DNA of 64,000 nucleotides from positions 1,970,832 through 2,034,831 of the forward strand of contig NC_090417.1 of NCBI RefSeq assembly GCF_036365525.1, written 5' to 3'. Made by a program: the position numbers and the translations under genes. Below are positions 12,033-24,179 of this stretch, piece after piece (the first letter of the stretch is position 1; each line of letters opens with the position of its first letter). The stretch comes from Heterodontus francisci (lineage: Eukaryota). The notes beneath the pieces were generated by a model. That model saw only the letters and a list, made by a program, of their open reading frames with translations. It searched no databases and was not told the origin of the DNA.

Positions 12033-12774
12033 GCTCAGACAGTCAGTGTCAGCAGGCTATGCAGCCACAATGTGCATTGCAGCCAAGTGCAGCTCTGTTC
12101 TCCTCCAATGTTTGCACACTTGGGTGATTATTTTCCTTGATTCCTAGCTTGAACATTGAGGCCGATTGTACTGCCTTGTTTGATATCAACTAAGTCAGCG
12201 TAGACTGGCAATTTAGCCAGTGACCTACTTGGTTTGGTCGGCTCATTTCCACACTGGGGAGTGAATTTAGACTGAATTTTACCAACGTCACATTGGCTCT
12301 GAAAGTTTCAAACGAAATAGCACATTTTTTCCCCATTTTGACAGCACAAAGTCTGAACCAGAGGCTCAAATACAAAGTTCTTCAGTAAATTCTAGTAGTC
12401 AATGAACATTTTCCTTTCAATTCATCTTTTTTTTAAATAACCACGAGGAACATAGCATCTTGCTTGAAACAAGCATTTTGTTTCTAAATTTAAATGTTAT
12501 TTATCTGACAGTTTTCAGTATGCTACACTGCAATAAAGTTGTCTGGCAAATATTTTTAGAGAGAATTACAGAGATAGCAATAGCTGGCTGTCAGTGATTC
12601 GGAAGGCACTAATTGAACTGAAACGTTTTGAAGATGTTGCAAGAGTGTTTTTTATGAACGCCTAGTTAGAGGTTAATTTTGTTATATATGGGTATTATGA
12701 GTTTATTTTAAATGGTAGCAATTTTAAGATGTTTGAAGACTTCGCTCCAGTATTGAAGAGTGAAAAAAAATTAA

Positions 12775-13345
12775 CCTACCATCTCTCCAACTACCCTTTC
12801 CTTTGCAAAATCCTGTCGCCTCCCAAATCTGAGCTCATCTGTTCCGGAACTCCGTGTTTGAGTACTGCAGTTTTCTGCCCCTGCCACAGTACTGCAAGAG
12901 CTCTTATCAAAGTCACAAATGACATCCTATGTGTCTGTGACAGAAGTAAACTATTCCTCCTCATTGTTCTCGACCTGTCTGCCACCTTTTCACATGGTTG
13001 ACCACACCATCCTCCCCGAACTCCTCTCCAGCTAAGTGGGACTGCACTTGCCTAGTTCCATCCTTATCTATCCAGCCGTAGCCGTGCGGCTACCTCAGGC
13101 GTCCCCTTGGCCCTCCTCTATTTCCCATCTATATGCTGCCCCTTGGCAACAATACCCAAAAACGTATCAGGATCAATTTGTACGCTGACTACCCTCAGCT
13201 CCACCTTTCTCGACCTCTCCATTGCCTCGAAATTGTCACACTGCTTGGTCCGACCTCCAATAATGAATGAGTAGAAATTTCCTCTGCCTGCTGACTACAT
13301 TGGCTCTCGGTCCAGCAATACCTCAATTTTAAAATTCTCATCCTT
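12775..13345 (+). mobile_element. L2-clade LINE RT fragment
   Basis: YHLSNYPFLCKIL...HSTARALIKVTNDIL...LIVLDLSATF, degenerate L2 RT motifs. Confidence 0.8.
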
Positions 13346-14179
13346 GCAACAAAGGCGTGGATGATGGTTCTCGCAGCAGACCAGCTGAGGTGGAGTCGGA
13401 GTCAGGCAATGTTACCAAGGTGGAAATACCTGGTCTTAGTGCTGGCATGGATAGATGGTTGCAAGTTCATCTTGGGGTCGAACAGGACATAAATGTTGTG
13501 AACAGTATGATTCAGCCAGAGAGAGAGAGATGGAGTCAGTGGTGAGGTCATCTGTTTTCATATCTCTGAATGTGGCTCAGTGTCAAATTCTGTTTCGGAA
13601 TGCTTTAGTGTGTGTCTATGACAAAGGCGCTATGTCAGTAGAGGTTGTTGTTGTTTTTGAACCTTGCTCAAGGGCTTTCCAGTCACCATGACAGAATATA
13701 AACATGCTTATAACTGGCAGGCACGTAGCAGGGGAATGTTAGGCTTGAAAATCTGAGACTTTGGTAAATTAAAATAGGTTTTTTGCTCATTTGTTGTCTC
13801 TGGGGGCTTGCTGTACAGAAATTGGCTGCTGTGTTTTCCTACATTACAACAGTGACCACACATCAGAAAGAACTCTGTAGGCTGTAAAGCACTTTGGGAC
13901 ATCCTTAGGTTCCGAAAAGTGCTATCGAAATGTTTTATCAATAATTTCGCAACAATGCCCCCCTCATCATAAAAGAAAGGTCTATTTTTGAGCAGTAACC
14001 TCACCTTTTTAAAAGATAAAAAAGGAATGCTGCAAACGTTAAATAGAAACCAATAAACCCAGTTCTTCCAATCTATTGAGCTGCAATTCTTCCTTCATTC
14101 CCGATATTGCCACATCTGCAATGCACCTTCCCTCTTTAAGGAGTCAAATTTACATTCCAGAGACAAAACTGGTTTATTT

Positions 14180-14899
14180 ACCAGCAAAGCGCGCGATGAT
14201 GTCATCACTCGCCAATGGCAATTCCTTGTTGCAATGTCACGGGACGGACACCAGCCAATGGGATTGTTTGTGCGTTTTCTTGAATTGCGAAGGGTTTTGC
14301 CTCGAGGTTTGACGGAGCCACTCATTCACCTTGGGTGCAGGAGGAGCATGTGTGATTCCTGCACCTTTAAGAGACTGTCTCCGCCCACCTCCTCTGTGAT
14401 TGATAGGGTCCCCCTGGCGGGGGGGGGGGGCGGGTTCTGATTGACAGCGTGGCTGGCCAATGGAAACTGGCGCTGACGCGACTGCGGGTAGCCCCGATTG
14501 GTTTCCAGCAGGGGCAGTGGGCGGTCTGACGGCACGAGCAGCCAATAACAGCGGCGCACTGTGGGGTTTGGTGGTGGGGGGGGGGGGGGGTGGCGTGTCC
14601 GCCTTTTGATTGACAGGCGGGGCGGCAGCAAAGGTTTCCAGAAGCGGCGGCTTTCAATTGGTTGGAGCGGTGGGCGGGAGGCGCCGTGAATGACAGCGGC
14701 GTTAGCGAATAGGTGGGCAGAGGAAGGAACACCCGGCCAATGGGAGCGGCGAGGCGCTGATGGACGCGGACCGGACCCAATGGGGTGGGCGATTGGCGGG
14801 CTCCCCCCCCACCCCGGGCGCTGGGAGGAGGAGGGAGGGAGGGGGCGGGGTCCATTCGGTGGCGGCTGGGCCGGCGCTGGGTGCCGCCAATGTCAGAAC
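14180..14899 (+). promoter_or_regulatory. CNNM4: CNNM4 CpG-island promoter / 5' UTR
   Basis: Ten CCAAT/ATTGG boxes (14212 to 14887), TGATTGACAG at 14438 and 14607, GC boxes and long G runs. Confidence 0.8.
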
Positions 14900-16274
14900 A
14901 TGGCGAGGCTGTGGCGGGGCGGCTGGTGTGTACTGCTGTTGTTGCACTGGGGGTCCCGCCGGGCGGCGGTGGCCGCCGCCGCTGTCGACATCTACGGGCT
15001 GCGGCTGGAGGGCGGCGCGGGCGAGGCCTCGGCGTCGGACTCGCTGCAGGTGACCGAGGACCAGACGATCAGGCTGCGGGTCTTCGGCAGCGGCATCGAC
15101 GCCGAGACGTGGAGGCGGGTGGCGTTCGCCGAGCTGGAGGAGGAGGAGGAGGAGGATAACAATAAGAACCAGACCGGGGAGCAGGAGGAGGCCTGCCCGC
15201 ACCGCAGCAAGGACATGGAGGTGCTGCCCGAGGTGGAGGTGAGCCGCCCGACCTCCGGGGTGCTGACCGTGCGGGTCAAGCGGCTGAGGAAACAGGAGAA
15301 GGCCCGGCTCTACGGCCTGTGCAGCCGCGCCAGCGGGCACCGTGGGGCCTGGCTGCTGCACCCGGGCCGCGACACCCGCATCCTGGTGCTGGAGGAGGAG
15401 CAGCCGCTGATCCCCATCTGGCTGCTGATCATCCTGACCGCCCTGCTGCTGATCCTGTCGGGCATGTTCAGCGGCCTGAACCTGGGCCTCATGGCGCTGG
15501 ACCCCATGGAGCTGCGGATCGTCCAGAACTGCGGCAGCGACAGCGAGCGCCGCTACGCCCGCTGCATCGAGCCCGTCCGCCGCCAGGGCAACTACCTGCT
15601 GTGCTCGCTGCTGCTGGGCAACGTGCTGGTCAACACCACCCTGACCGTGCTGCTGGACCAGCTGGTGGGCACGGGCTGGGTCACCGTGGTGGCCTCCACC
15701 ATCGGCATCGTCATCCTGGGCGAGATCGTGCCCCAGGCGCTGTGCTCGCGGCACGGCCTGGCCGTGGGCGCCAAGACCATCCTGCTGACCAAGTTCTTCA
15801 TGGTGCTCACCTTCCCCCTGGCCTTCCCCATCAGCAAGTTGCTGGACTGCATCCTGGGCCAGGAGATCGGCAAGGTCTACAGCCGGGAGAAGATCCTGGA
15901 GATGCTGAAGGTGACCGGCCCCTACAACGGGCTGGACGTCGAGGAGCTCAACATGATCCAGGGGGCCCTGGAGCTGCGGAGCAAGACGGTGGAGGACGTC
16001 ATGACCCCCATCCACGACTGCTTCATGGTGGCCAGCGATGCCATCCTGGACTTCAGCACCATGTCCGAGATCATGGAGACGGGCTACACCCGGATCCCGG
16101 TGTACGAGCAGGAGAAATCCAACATCGTCGACATACTGTACGTCAAGGACTTGGCGTTCGTCGACCCCGATGACTGCGTCCCCCTGAAGACCATCACCAA
16201 GTTCTACAGCCACCCGCTGCATTTTGTTTTCTATGACACCAGGTTGGACACGATGCTGGAGGAGTTCAAGCAAG
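14900..16274 (+). CDS. CNNM4: CNNM4 metal (Mg2+) transporter exon 1: signal peptide, extracellular domain, DUF21 TM domain, most of the CBS pair
   Basis: aacATGg; [55 protein letters not shown]; donor CAAG|gtgaga; 1375 nt. Confidence 0.95.
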
Positions 16275-17369
16275 GTGAGAATCTGGGGTGCTGCGTTCTG
16301 GCCTGTCGCTTCTTTTCAGGCGACTGGTGTGGAGCTTCGCACGTTGGTTATGATGCTCACCGCGTTTGGTACCCTGTTTCTTTTTGAGTCAGGCGCAGAC
16401 AGTGTTTGGACAGTTTTACTGCTCTCACTGGTTGGTCCTGTGTCTGCGCGGAGTTTGTTGGCCTGGGCTGTGGTCGCTGAGTTGGGTGCAAGCTGAGAAC
16501 CAAATCAGCGCCTGCAGATAGCTCAACCTTGCTGGTGCTGACCCAAGCGCTAACCAGTAGTGAGAGTTACAGAGGATCTTGGCACTAGTGGACTGTGTCT
16601 CAGAGAGTTGAACAGCATTTTAAAGACAGGAGGGAAGCAACAAAGAAGTAAACACACTTGGAGGAATTGAGATTTTAACGATCAACCCTTGTCTTTCAAA
16701 AACTTTCAGTTTGCAGAGCTTGTATCTCCTCTGAGCCAATTAAAAGAAAAATCCCTGAAGATTGGGCAGAATCCTACAGTCTGTTCTGCATTAGTTCCAC
16801 CTGTCCAAAGAATTTGCTGCAATGGTTTCTCTTCCTGCACCTCTAGGTCCTTGCCCACCACCCCCCCCCCCCGCCCCTCCTATTTCAAACCTATGTGTTG
16901 CCCCTCAGCAACATCATCCAGACATGATGTAAGGATCCTCATTGAATCGTACAGCACAGAATGAGGCCATTCGTCCTATCGTGCCTGTGCCAGCTCTTTG
17001 GAAGAGCTATCCACTTCAAGTATTCATCCAATTCCCTTTTGAAAGATGCGATGGAATCTGCTTCCACCGTCTTTTCAGGCAGTACATAGCCATTCTCCTC
17101 TGCACCCTCACTGAGGCCTTGCCATAATCCCGCATATGTGGTGTCCAAAACTGCTGACACCCAACTCAATGTCTGGATCCTCCAGTGGCCCGGTGTTGTT
17201 GGACTGCTTGTCCCACACCCATCCCTGGATGAGCTGCAATTTCCAAGCCATTGTCTTTGGCGCCCTGTCAGAAAACTGGTTCAGAGCCATTAATTCCATC
17301 CCCCTTATCACTGTCACATGCTGAACCAAACTGTTTGCAGCAACAGCCCCCTATTTGTCCCTGAGCTGA

Positions 17370-17865
17370 CCTTCTAACCCCATATCCTCTCCCATCACCA
17401 AGACCACCTACTTCCATCTCCGCAGAATCACCCGACTCTGTTCCAGCCTAAACTCATCTGCTGAAATCTTGCCTCCAGCCTGAACTGTTCGGGTGCTTTC
17501 CTGGCTGACGTCCCATCTTCCACCTTTCACAAACTGGAGCTTGCCCAAAACGTTGCTGCCCGTATCCTAACTCGCGCCAACTGTGTACTTGCAGACCTAC
17601 ATTGGATCCTAGTCTTGTAACACCTTAATTCAAAAATTCCCATCCTTATGTTCAAATCCCTATCTCTGTAACCACCGACAACACATCTAGATCTCTGCGC
17701 TCCTCCATGTCTGGCCTTATGTGCATCCCTGGCTTCTCTTGCTCCACCATTGGCAGCCGTGCCCTCAGCTGCCAATGTCCGAGAATTCCCTCCCTGAATT
17801 CCTTCACCTCTAACTCTTAAGATTATCCTAAAAACTGACCTCTTTGACCAAGCTTTTAGTCAGCT
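17370..17865 (+). mobile_element. L2 LINE 3' region fragment
   Basis: CATCACCAAGACCACCTACTTCCATCTCCG ... AAAATTCCCATCCTTATGTTCAAATCCC ... CCTCTTTGACCAAGCTTTT, recurrent across the window. Confidence 0.7.
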
Positions 17866-19494
17866 CCAATGTTTCCTGTAAGTTGCGCGTGTGCTTGGGG
17901 ACAGCGGAGGTCGCTCACAAATTGACCCCTTTAAGATATGTATGCGTGGCCACGCAAAAAAAAGAAATTTAGCCATTCTGCATCAAGATGAATAGACCAC
18001 GCACAAAATTTAGGAGGTAATGGTCTCAAGGTGCTGTTATATCTGGTTTGTGATGGGCTCGTGACACACAACATACGTGTGGGACTCCTCGATTCTCGGT
18101 TATATTCTGTACCAAATTTCCCATTGCTTTGTACCATGGCGAAGATCCTCATAGCGGTGCGTGCATTGTCCGTTTCCCATTAAAGAGGTTAACTTTCAAA
18201 GCCGTTGCCAGGTTCTGAGTATCAAGGGAAGCTTCAGTTAGGAAATTGCGCACAGACTAGGGCTAAACTGAAGCTCTCTATGACTGACCCCAGTAGCATG
18301 TGAACATATTGACACTGATGCTGTCCATAGTTGAATAATTTACTGCCCAGGTCTGACTGTGAAGGATTCTAATTTGGTCAAAGCCTGGAGGGTGGCCTGT
18401 GCTTGTGAGGCCATACTGTATGATAGACTGAGCCCAGGCACCAGGCGGACGTCAGTGTAACCAAGGAAGAAGCACGACATGTTCATTGAACACAGTACAC
18501 CAGTGAAAAGCTGAGCTTCAGCCAGAGAAGACTTGAGGAAGTTGCATAATTCATGGGCAGCTCAGTGTAACGCTGCCTGGTATAACACATTCTTGGATTT
18601 CTCGTCCTCCTATTTCTTTTTCCAGATCTGGTGGAGAGTGCAGGGAGGGTGTTGCTCTCAGCTTCTCTGTGCATGCAGCCTCTCTGGTGTGAGTATGGTC
18701 CTTTGGATCACTCTGCCGTTTCCTAGCAATCTGAGTCGTGGTATTGCACCTTAACTGTGGATCATTGCAGCTGCTGGAGTTTCTATGAAGAGGTAGTATT
18801 GAGCAAGAGTGGAATTTTCATGACCTGTCCATTTGAACTGTGATAAACAGCTAGCAGCAAAACAGGAGGGTTTGAGCAACTCCAAACTGGGGTTGTGAAT
18901 TGAGAACGCATTTTGATTTGCAGAAATAGGGCCGTTCAAAGGGTGGGTTTTTAATCTGGGGTCCTGCTCTTTGAAGTACCAGGAGGGGATCACTGGGGAA
19001 GGAGCAATATTTAGTCTGTCGACATCTCTTGGATTTTTGCTGTAATTATCTCTCTGGATAGCCGCCAGTGCCTTTTACGTTGGGTTGGGAGGAGTGAGTC
19101 TGAGAGTCTATCCATGCCTGGGGACAGAGGTTCAGTCACACAACAAAGTCTGAATATCACTGATTTTAAAAATGACGGTGCACAAAGACAGGGCCCAGTA
19201 TGTTCCTGCACGAAACAAAATAGCTGACAGACGAGTAAATTGCATGAACCCTCCTCGCACCTTGCTATCCTTGTTTATGCAAATACTTTGACAGGTGTAC
19301 ACACCCTGTCTTGCTGATCTGTTGGTTCCTAGTTTTCAGTTGGCATGGGTTGAACAGAGGCAGCCCCCATTTACAATCTCAGCAAGTTTCGCAGCACCAC
19401 TTCTTGGCTCTCGAGTCAGTCATAAGTTTGTTGACAAGATGACACAAACTGGGAGGATGAAAGATGACTCGTCAACTCGTTTAGAAAGAAGGCA

Positions 19495-19920
19495 ATTGTT
19501 ATTCTGCACTGCCTTTCAGCATCTCGGGGGTGTCCCAAAGTGATTTACAACCACTGAAGCACTTTTGAAGTGTATGCATTGTTGTAAAGCAGGAAACACA
19601 GCAGGCAATTTGTGCACAATGAGCTCCCACAAACAACAGTGTGGTAATGGGCAGATAATCTGTTTTCATGACGTGGATTCAAGGATCAACATTGGCCAGG
19701 ACTCCCCTGCTGCTCTTTGCAATCGTACCTTGGGATCTTTTACATCTACTGGAGTGGGTAGAAAGGGCCTCGGGTTAACGTCTCATCCGAAAAACAGCAC
19801 CTCCGACAGTGCAGCACACCCTCAGTACGGCACTGGGAGTGTCAGCAGAGATTGTGCTCAAATCTGTGGAATGGGACTTGAACTCAACCTCTGACTCAGG
19901 TGAAGAACCCATCCACTGAG
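19495..19920 (-). mobile_element. tRNA-derived SINE (Deu-domain / SacSINE1-like)
   Basis: Reverse complement of the family at 22592-22945 (CTGAGTCAGAGGTTGAGTTCAAGTCCCA head, TTTGTGGGAGCT core). Confidence 0.7.
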
Positions 19921-21034
19921 CTTTAAATTGATTCCAAGGCCCAAGCTTGTGCTGACTGAGCTAGCAGTTAGGTTAAAACTTGCTGAATTAATAATAGAGA
20001 AATGTAGGAATCTGTTAGCAGACTAAAAAGGACTTGGAGGACCAGCTAAGGCCTCTTGCCCAGGGAGCCCAGTGTCACAGCCATCTCCCCAGCGTTCCGG
20101 GGAATAATTGAGCTGATTGTAGATGCCCCCTTTTTTCTTTTCTGGATTCCTGGAAGCTGTTGGCTCGGACTGTGGGACCCAGTTCTGAGTGAGACATTGC
20201 CTAAATATGTTCCAGGCTTTTTCCGTTGATGGAGAGGAATGTAACTTATCGAGTCTGTTTTTCTCCCTTTCATTTTTTTTGCTGTGCAAGTTTCGAAGTG
20301 TTTGAACTAAGACCCAATACTGAGTATCGGGGACCGCTTTCTGGTCTCCCTCACGCAGTTCCCTGTGGCTGAGAATCCACTAGATGTGGACACACAGTTG
20401 CTCCAAAGTGCATTTACAGCTTCAGTTGGATAGTGACGAACCTTGCGTGAGGGGGAGCTGCAATTCCCATCAAGTTGAATTTATACACATTGAAATGTCT
20501 GAAGACGCTTCACAGGAGTGTCAACAGACACACATCCCTTGAGGTTCTGCTCCCACTCGCCCCTTTACTGGCCGCTGCTGCTCTCAGTGCTGCATGAGAT
20601 TCTGGGCTTTGCAGTTTTGCCAACCTGGATTTCACTGCAATGTGCTGTGACTGTGTGAAATTCTCGTCCCACGTCCACTTGGACTGAGAAGTGCAGTGAC
20701 AGACGGTGTGTGGTGAGAGCACTGAGAGCTGGCTTACACTGGGGAGAGGTAGTGGTGACGACTGGGCTGCCACTGGAGTGGGGAGCAGTTTGTGTGAGAG
20801 AGCGAACTGTGTTCCACGACCTCTGAAGGTTATAGGGTTGGGTGTGAATTTATTTCCCCCCCCCCCCCCCCCCCCACCCATTATGTATTAGTACCAGTGA
20901 TTAAACAAGCCCAATGGCGATACTTGCGCCTGTTGTTGTAAGATCAATGAGCTGTAACTGCTGGTTGCTGCAGCTTTGGTCACGTATGTAATGCTCATGA
21001 GGCAGTTAACTGTCCCCCAGTTTTTAAAAAAAGT

Positions 21035-21345
21035 AAAGACTTGCATTTATATAACACCTTTCAGCACCTCAGGATATCCCAAAGCACTTTAAAGCCAATG
21101 ATGCACTTTTGAATCGTAGTCACTGGTGTAATGTAAGAAAAGTGGCAGTCAATTTGCATACAAGCTCCCACCAACAGCATTGTGATAATTACAGATAAGC
21201 TGTTTGAGTGATTGAGGGATTAATATTGACCAGGACATTTGTTCTTCAAAATAGTGCCTTGGCATCTTTTACATTGGTTTAATGTCTCATCTGAAAGATG
21301 GCACATTTGGCAGTCAGTGCCACACTCCTTCAGTACTGCACTGGC
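21035..21345 (-). mobile_element. Deu-type SINE, 5'-truncated copy
   Basis: GACTTGCATTTATATAACACCTTT tail plus core shared with 19495-19920. Confidence 0.65.
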
Positions 21346-21764
21346 TTTTCAGCAGGACTTTAAACTGGGTGTGTTTCTGGTTAACCCTCCTGAGTTTTTC
21401 CGGTAAAGGACACTGGTAACAATATCCTGCAACTGAATTTTTGAGTCCAGAGAAGCTTTGTCAATAGTCATGTGGAGAAGATAGCAGGGGGAGGGCGCAG
21501 TCTCTGAAAACTGCTGTTAACCTGCTCTGCAACTCAGGTGCTTCGACATATTGTGGACTCCAGCAGCAGCTTCCCTTCAGGCAAGGGCTTGGTTTCGGCT
21601 CACAGCCAAGACTGCAATTCAACTGCTGGTGGACCCACTGATGCCTAGCTTGGCATTAAATAACGGCATCTTCAGTGGGTGAATCAGACTTGTTTCTGTT
21701 GAAGGTTCTTGATATTAATGGATAAAATTAATCTCTGTATTGTATTCCCAAACCCAGTGTTAAA

Positions 21765-21990
21765 CACCCAGAGAGCAGGTACAGCCTGGATTTGATGGAT
21801 ATTAAAGCTCCCTCTACACTGTCCCATCAAACACTCCCAAAACAGCTACAGCACGGGGTTAGATACAGAGTAGAGCTCCCTCTACACTGTCCCCATCAAA
21901 CACTCCCAGGACAGGTACAGCACAGGGTTAGATGCAGAGTTAAGCTCCCTCTACGCTGTCCCCATCAAACACTCCCAGGACAACTACAGA
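21765..21990 (-). repeat. Short array (~3 units) of the 69-bp satellite, inverted relative to 6985-8280
   Basis: CCCATCAAACACTCCCAGGACAGGTACAGCACAGGGTTAGATGCAGAG repeated. Confidence 0.92.
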
Positions 21991-22591
21991 TTTGTGTATT
22001 TGAGGGGGATTGGTCTCTGTGTATTTACTAAAGTGCCTGTCCAGTAGGAGAAAGGAACAATGTTTTACAGTCGGTCACATCTTCACGAGTTTCCAGAGTG
22101 CAGGGTGGGGATAATTTGAACAGAAGATTCTTTCCTCAGATCTGCTTCCCATGAGCCCTTTGCAGGGGATCAAACTGCATCTGCAATCTTTGGGCAGATT
22201 TGCAGACGGGACTGCAATACAGGCCAGGGCAGGACAGTGGTAATTGGCAGCATTACACAGGAATGGAGCCACTGTACAATCTACCTTTTGTTGCCCGTCC
22301 CACTTTATATCAGCATGAATCTTGGCTCTGTGCCTGAGTAAGCATAATGCAACTTGGTTGAGGGAAAATCTAAGCGTGAACAAACAGGGAGCTTCTCTTA
22401 TTCCTGTCCAACTTTCCCAAAGGTTTTGGGTGGAGCAAGGAAAGGTGGAGCTTTTCTCAATATGTGGAGCCCCTGTTATAATCGTGCTGCCACCTCAGTC
22501 TCATCACCAGTTGCCTTGTGTGAGCCCAGTCAGTGACTATTGTTGGGTTTCTTGCAGCCACAGCAAGGACCCCCAAACAGTTAATGTAGTA

Positions 22592-22945
22592 ACAGCCGTG
22601 GCTTTGTGGGTAGCACTCGTGCTTCTGAGTCAGAAGGTTTTGGGTTCAAATCCCACTCCTAGTGCTGACACTCCCAGTACTGAGGCAGTGCTGCAGTCAT
22701 CAGAGGTGCATGAGATGTTAAACTGAGACCCTGTCTTCAATCTCGGATGAGCGTAAAAGATCCCAAAGCACTGTTTCGAAGAGGAGCCAGGGAGTTCTCC
22801 CCGGTCTCCCGGCCAATATTTATTCCTCAACCAGCATCACTAAAACAGATTATCAGATCTTTACTTCAGTGCTGGTTGTGGGATCTTAGTGTGTGCATAC
22901 CAGCTGCCATATTTCCTACATTATCGCAGCGGCTACGATTCAAAA
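22592..22945 (+). mobile_element. tRNA-derived SINE (Deu-domain / SacSINE1-like)
   Basis: Head GTGGGTAGCACTCG..CTGAGTCAGAAGG..GGGTTCAAATCCCAC (A/B boxes) and core GAAGAGGAGCCAGGGAGTTCTCCCC..GGCCAATATTTA. Confidence 0.75.
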
Positions 22946-23510
22946 ATAATGTGGGAAAATGTGAGATTGTCAACTATGCCAGGAAGAATCGAAAAGCAGA
23001 ATATTTTCTTGGAGAGAGACTGCAGAATGCTGCAGTACACAGGGATCTGGTTGTCCTTGTACACGAATCACAAAAAGTCAGCATGCAGGTACAGCAAGTA
23101 ATTAGGAAGGTGAAAGGAATGTTGGCATTTATTGCAAGGGGGATGGAGATAAAAAGCAAGCAAGTCTTGCTGCAACTGTCCCGAGACTACTGCGTAGAGA
23201 TTTAGTCTCCTTAAGGAGGGATATACTTGCATTGGAAGCAGTTCAGAGCAGGTTCACTGGGCTGATTGCTGGGATGAAGGGGTTGTTCTATGTGGAAAGG
23301 TTGAGAAGGCTGGGTCTATACGCTGGAGTTTAGAAGAATGAGAGGTGATCTTATAGAAACATTTACGATTCTTAGGGGTCTTGACAAGGTAGATGCTGAG
23401 AGGATATTTCCCCTTGTGGAATCTAGAACTAGGGGAGCACAGTTTAAAAATGAGGGGTCTCCCATTTAAGGCGGAGATGATGCGGAATCTCTTCTCTGAG
23501 GGTTGTTGCA
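22946..23510 (+). mobile_element. CR1 LINE fragment
   Basis: NVGKCEIVNY...RDLVVLVHESQKVSMQVQQVIRK and downstream CR1 ORF2 C-terminal motifs. Confidence 0.85.
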
Positions 23511-24179
23511 GCCTTCTGCTCCGATTCATGATGAAAAAAGTGCTTTGTCTGGGATCTCCTGAGATTGTGAAAGGCATTGTAGGAATGCCTTTTTAATGAC
23601 GATTGAGGGATTGGTGTTGGCCAGGAGACTGGGAGAAGTTCTTGTTCCTTTTTGAATCGAGCCAGGGGATCGCTACTGCTAATGAGTCCATGCTGATTGT
23701 AATGTATAAAGGGAGGTTGATCTTGTGACCAAGCAGTTTAATTGTTAACTATGTGTGATAGCATTGTTGACAATATCATAAATCTGTGCTGATATGTACA
23801 GCAGCTCCTGGCTTCTCCCAGTTTATTATATTTGCACAGTGGCAGTAATAATTAACCTCCAGACAAGCTCCTTCCTTCCCCTCTCTTCCCCACGCCCTGC
23901 CCCCGCTTTCTCCTTTATCTCCCACCACCTTCCTGCCTCGGTCGCCAGTTGGGTCTACTCTGGTCGCAGATTGAGCATCTCCTGTTTTTTGGGGAAACCC
24001 AGGAGGACGGACAAGGCCCAGACTGTGGGACATTGTGGAAGCTGAACAACAGCTTGCATTTATATAGCGCATTTATTGTAACTAAACGTTCCAAGGCACT
24101 TCACAGGAGCACTGTCAAACAAAATACAATGTCCCCATCAAACACTCCCAAGACAGCTACAGCACGGGGTTAGATACAG

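Noticed and set aside
14690-14899. 70-aa N-terminal extension of CNNM4 from ATG 14690
   Set aside because: Runs through promoter-like CCAAT/GC boxes; the ATG at 14900 has strong Kozak context and directly precedes the signal peptide.
14702-16273. 523-aa antisense ORF and 284-aa alternative-frame ORF over CNNM4 exon 1
   Set aside because: Expected shadow of very high GC3 codon usage; no recognisable domain.
22592-22660. tRNA gene
   Set aside because: The A/B boxes belong to SINE heads that continue into SINE core sequence; no complete cloverleaf is visible.
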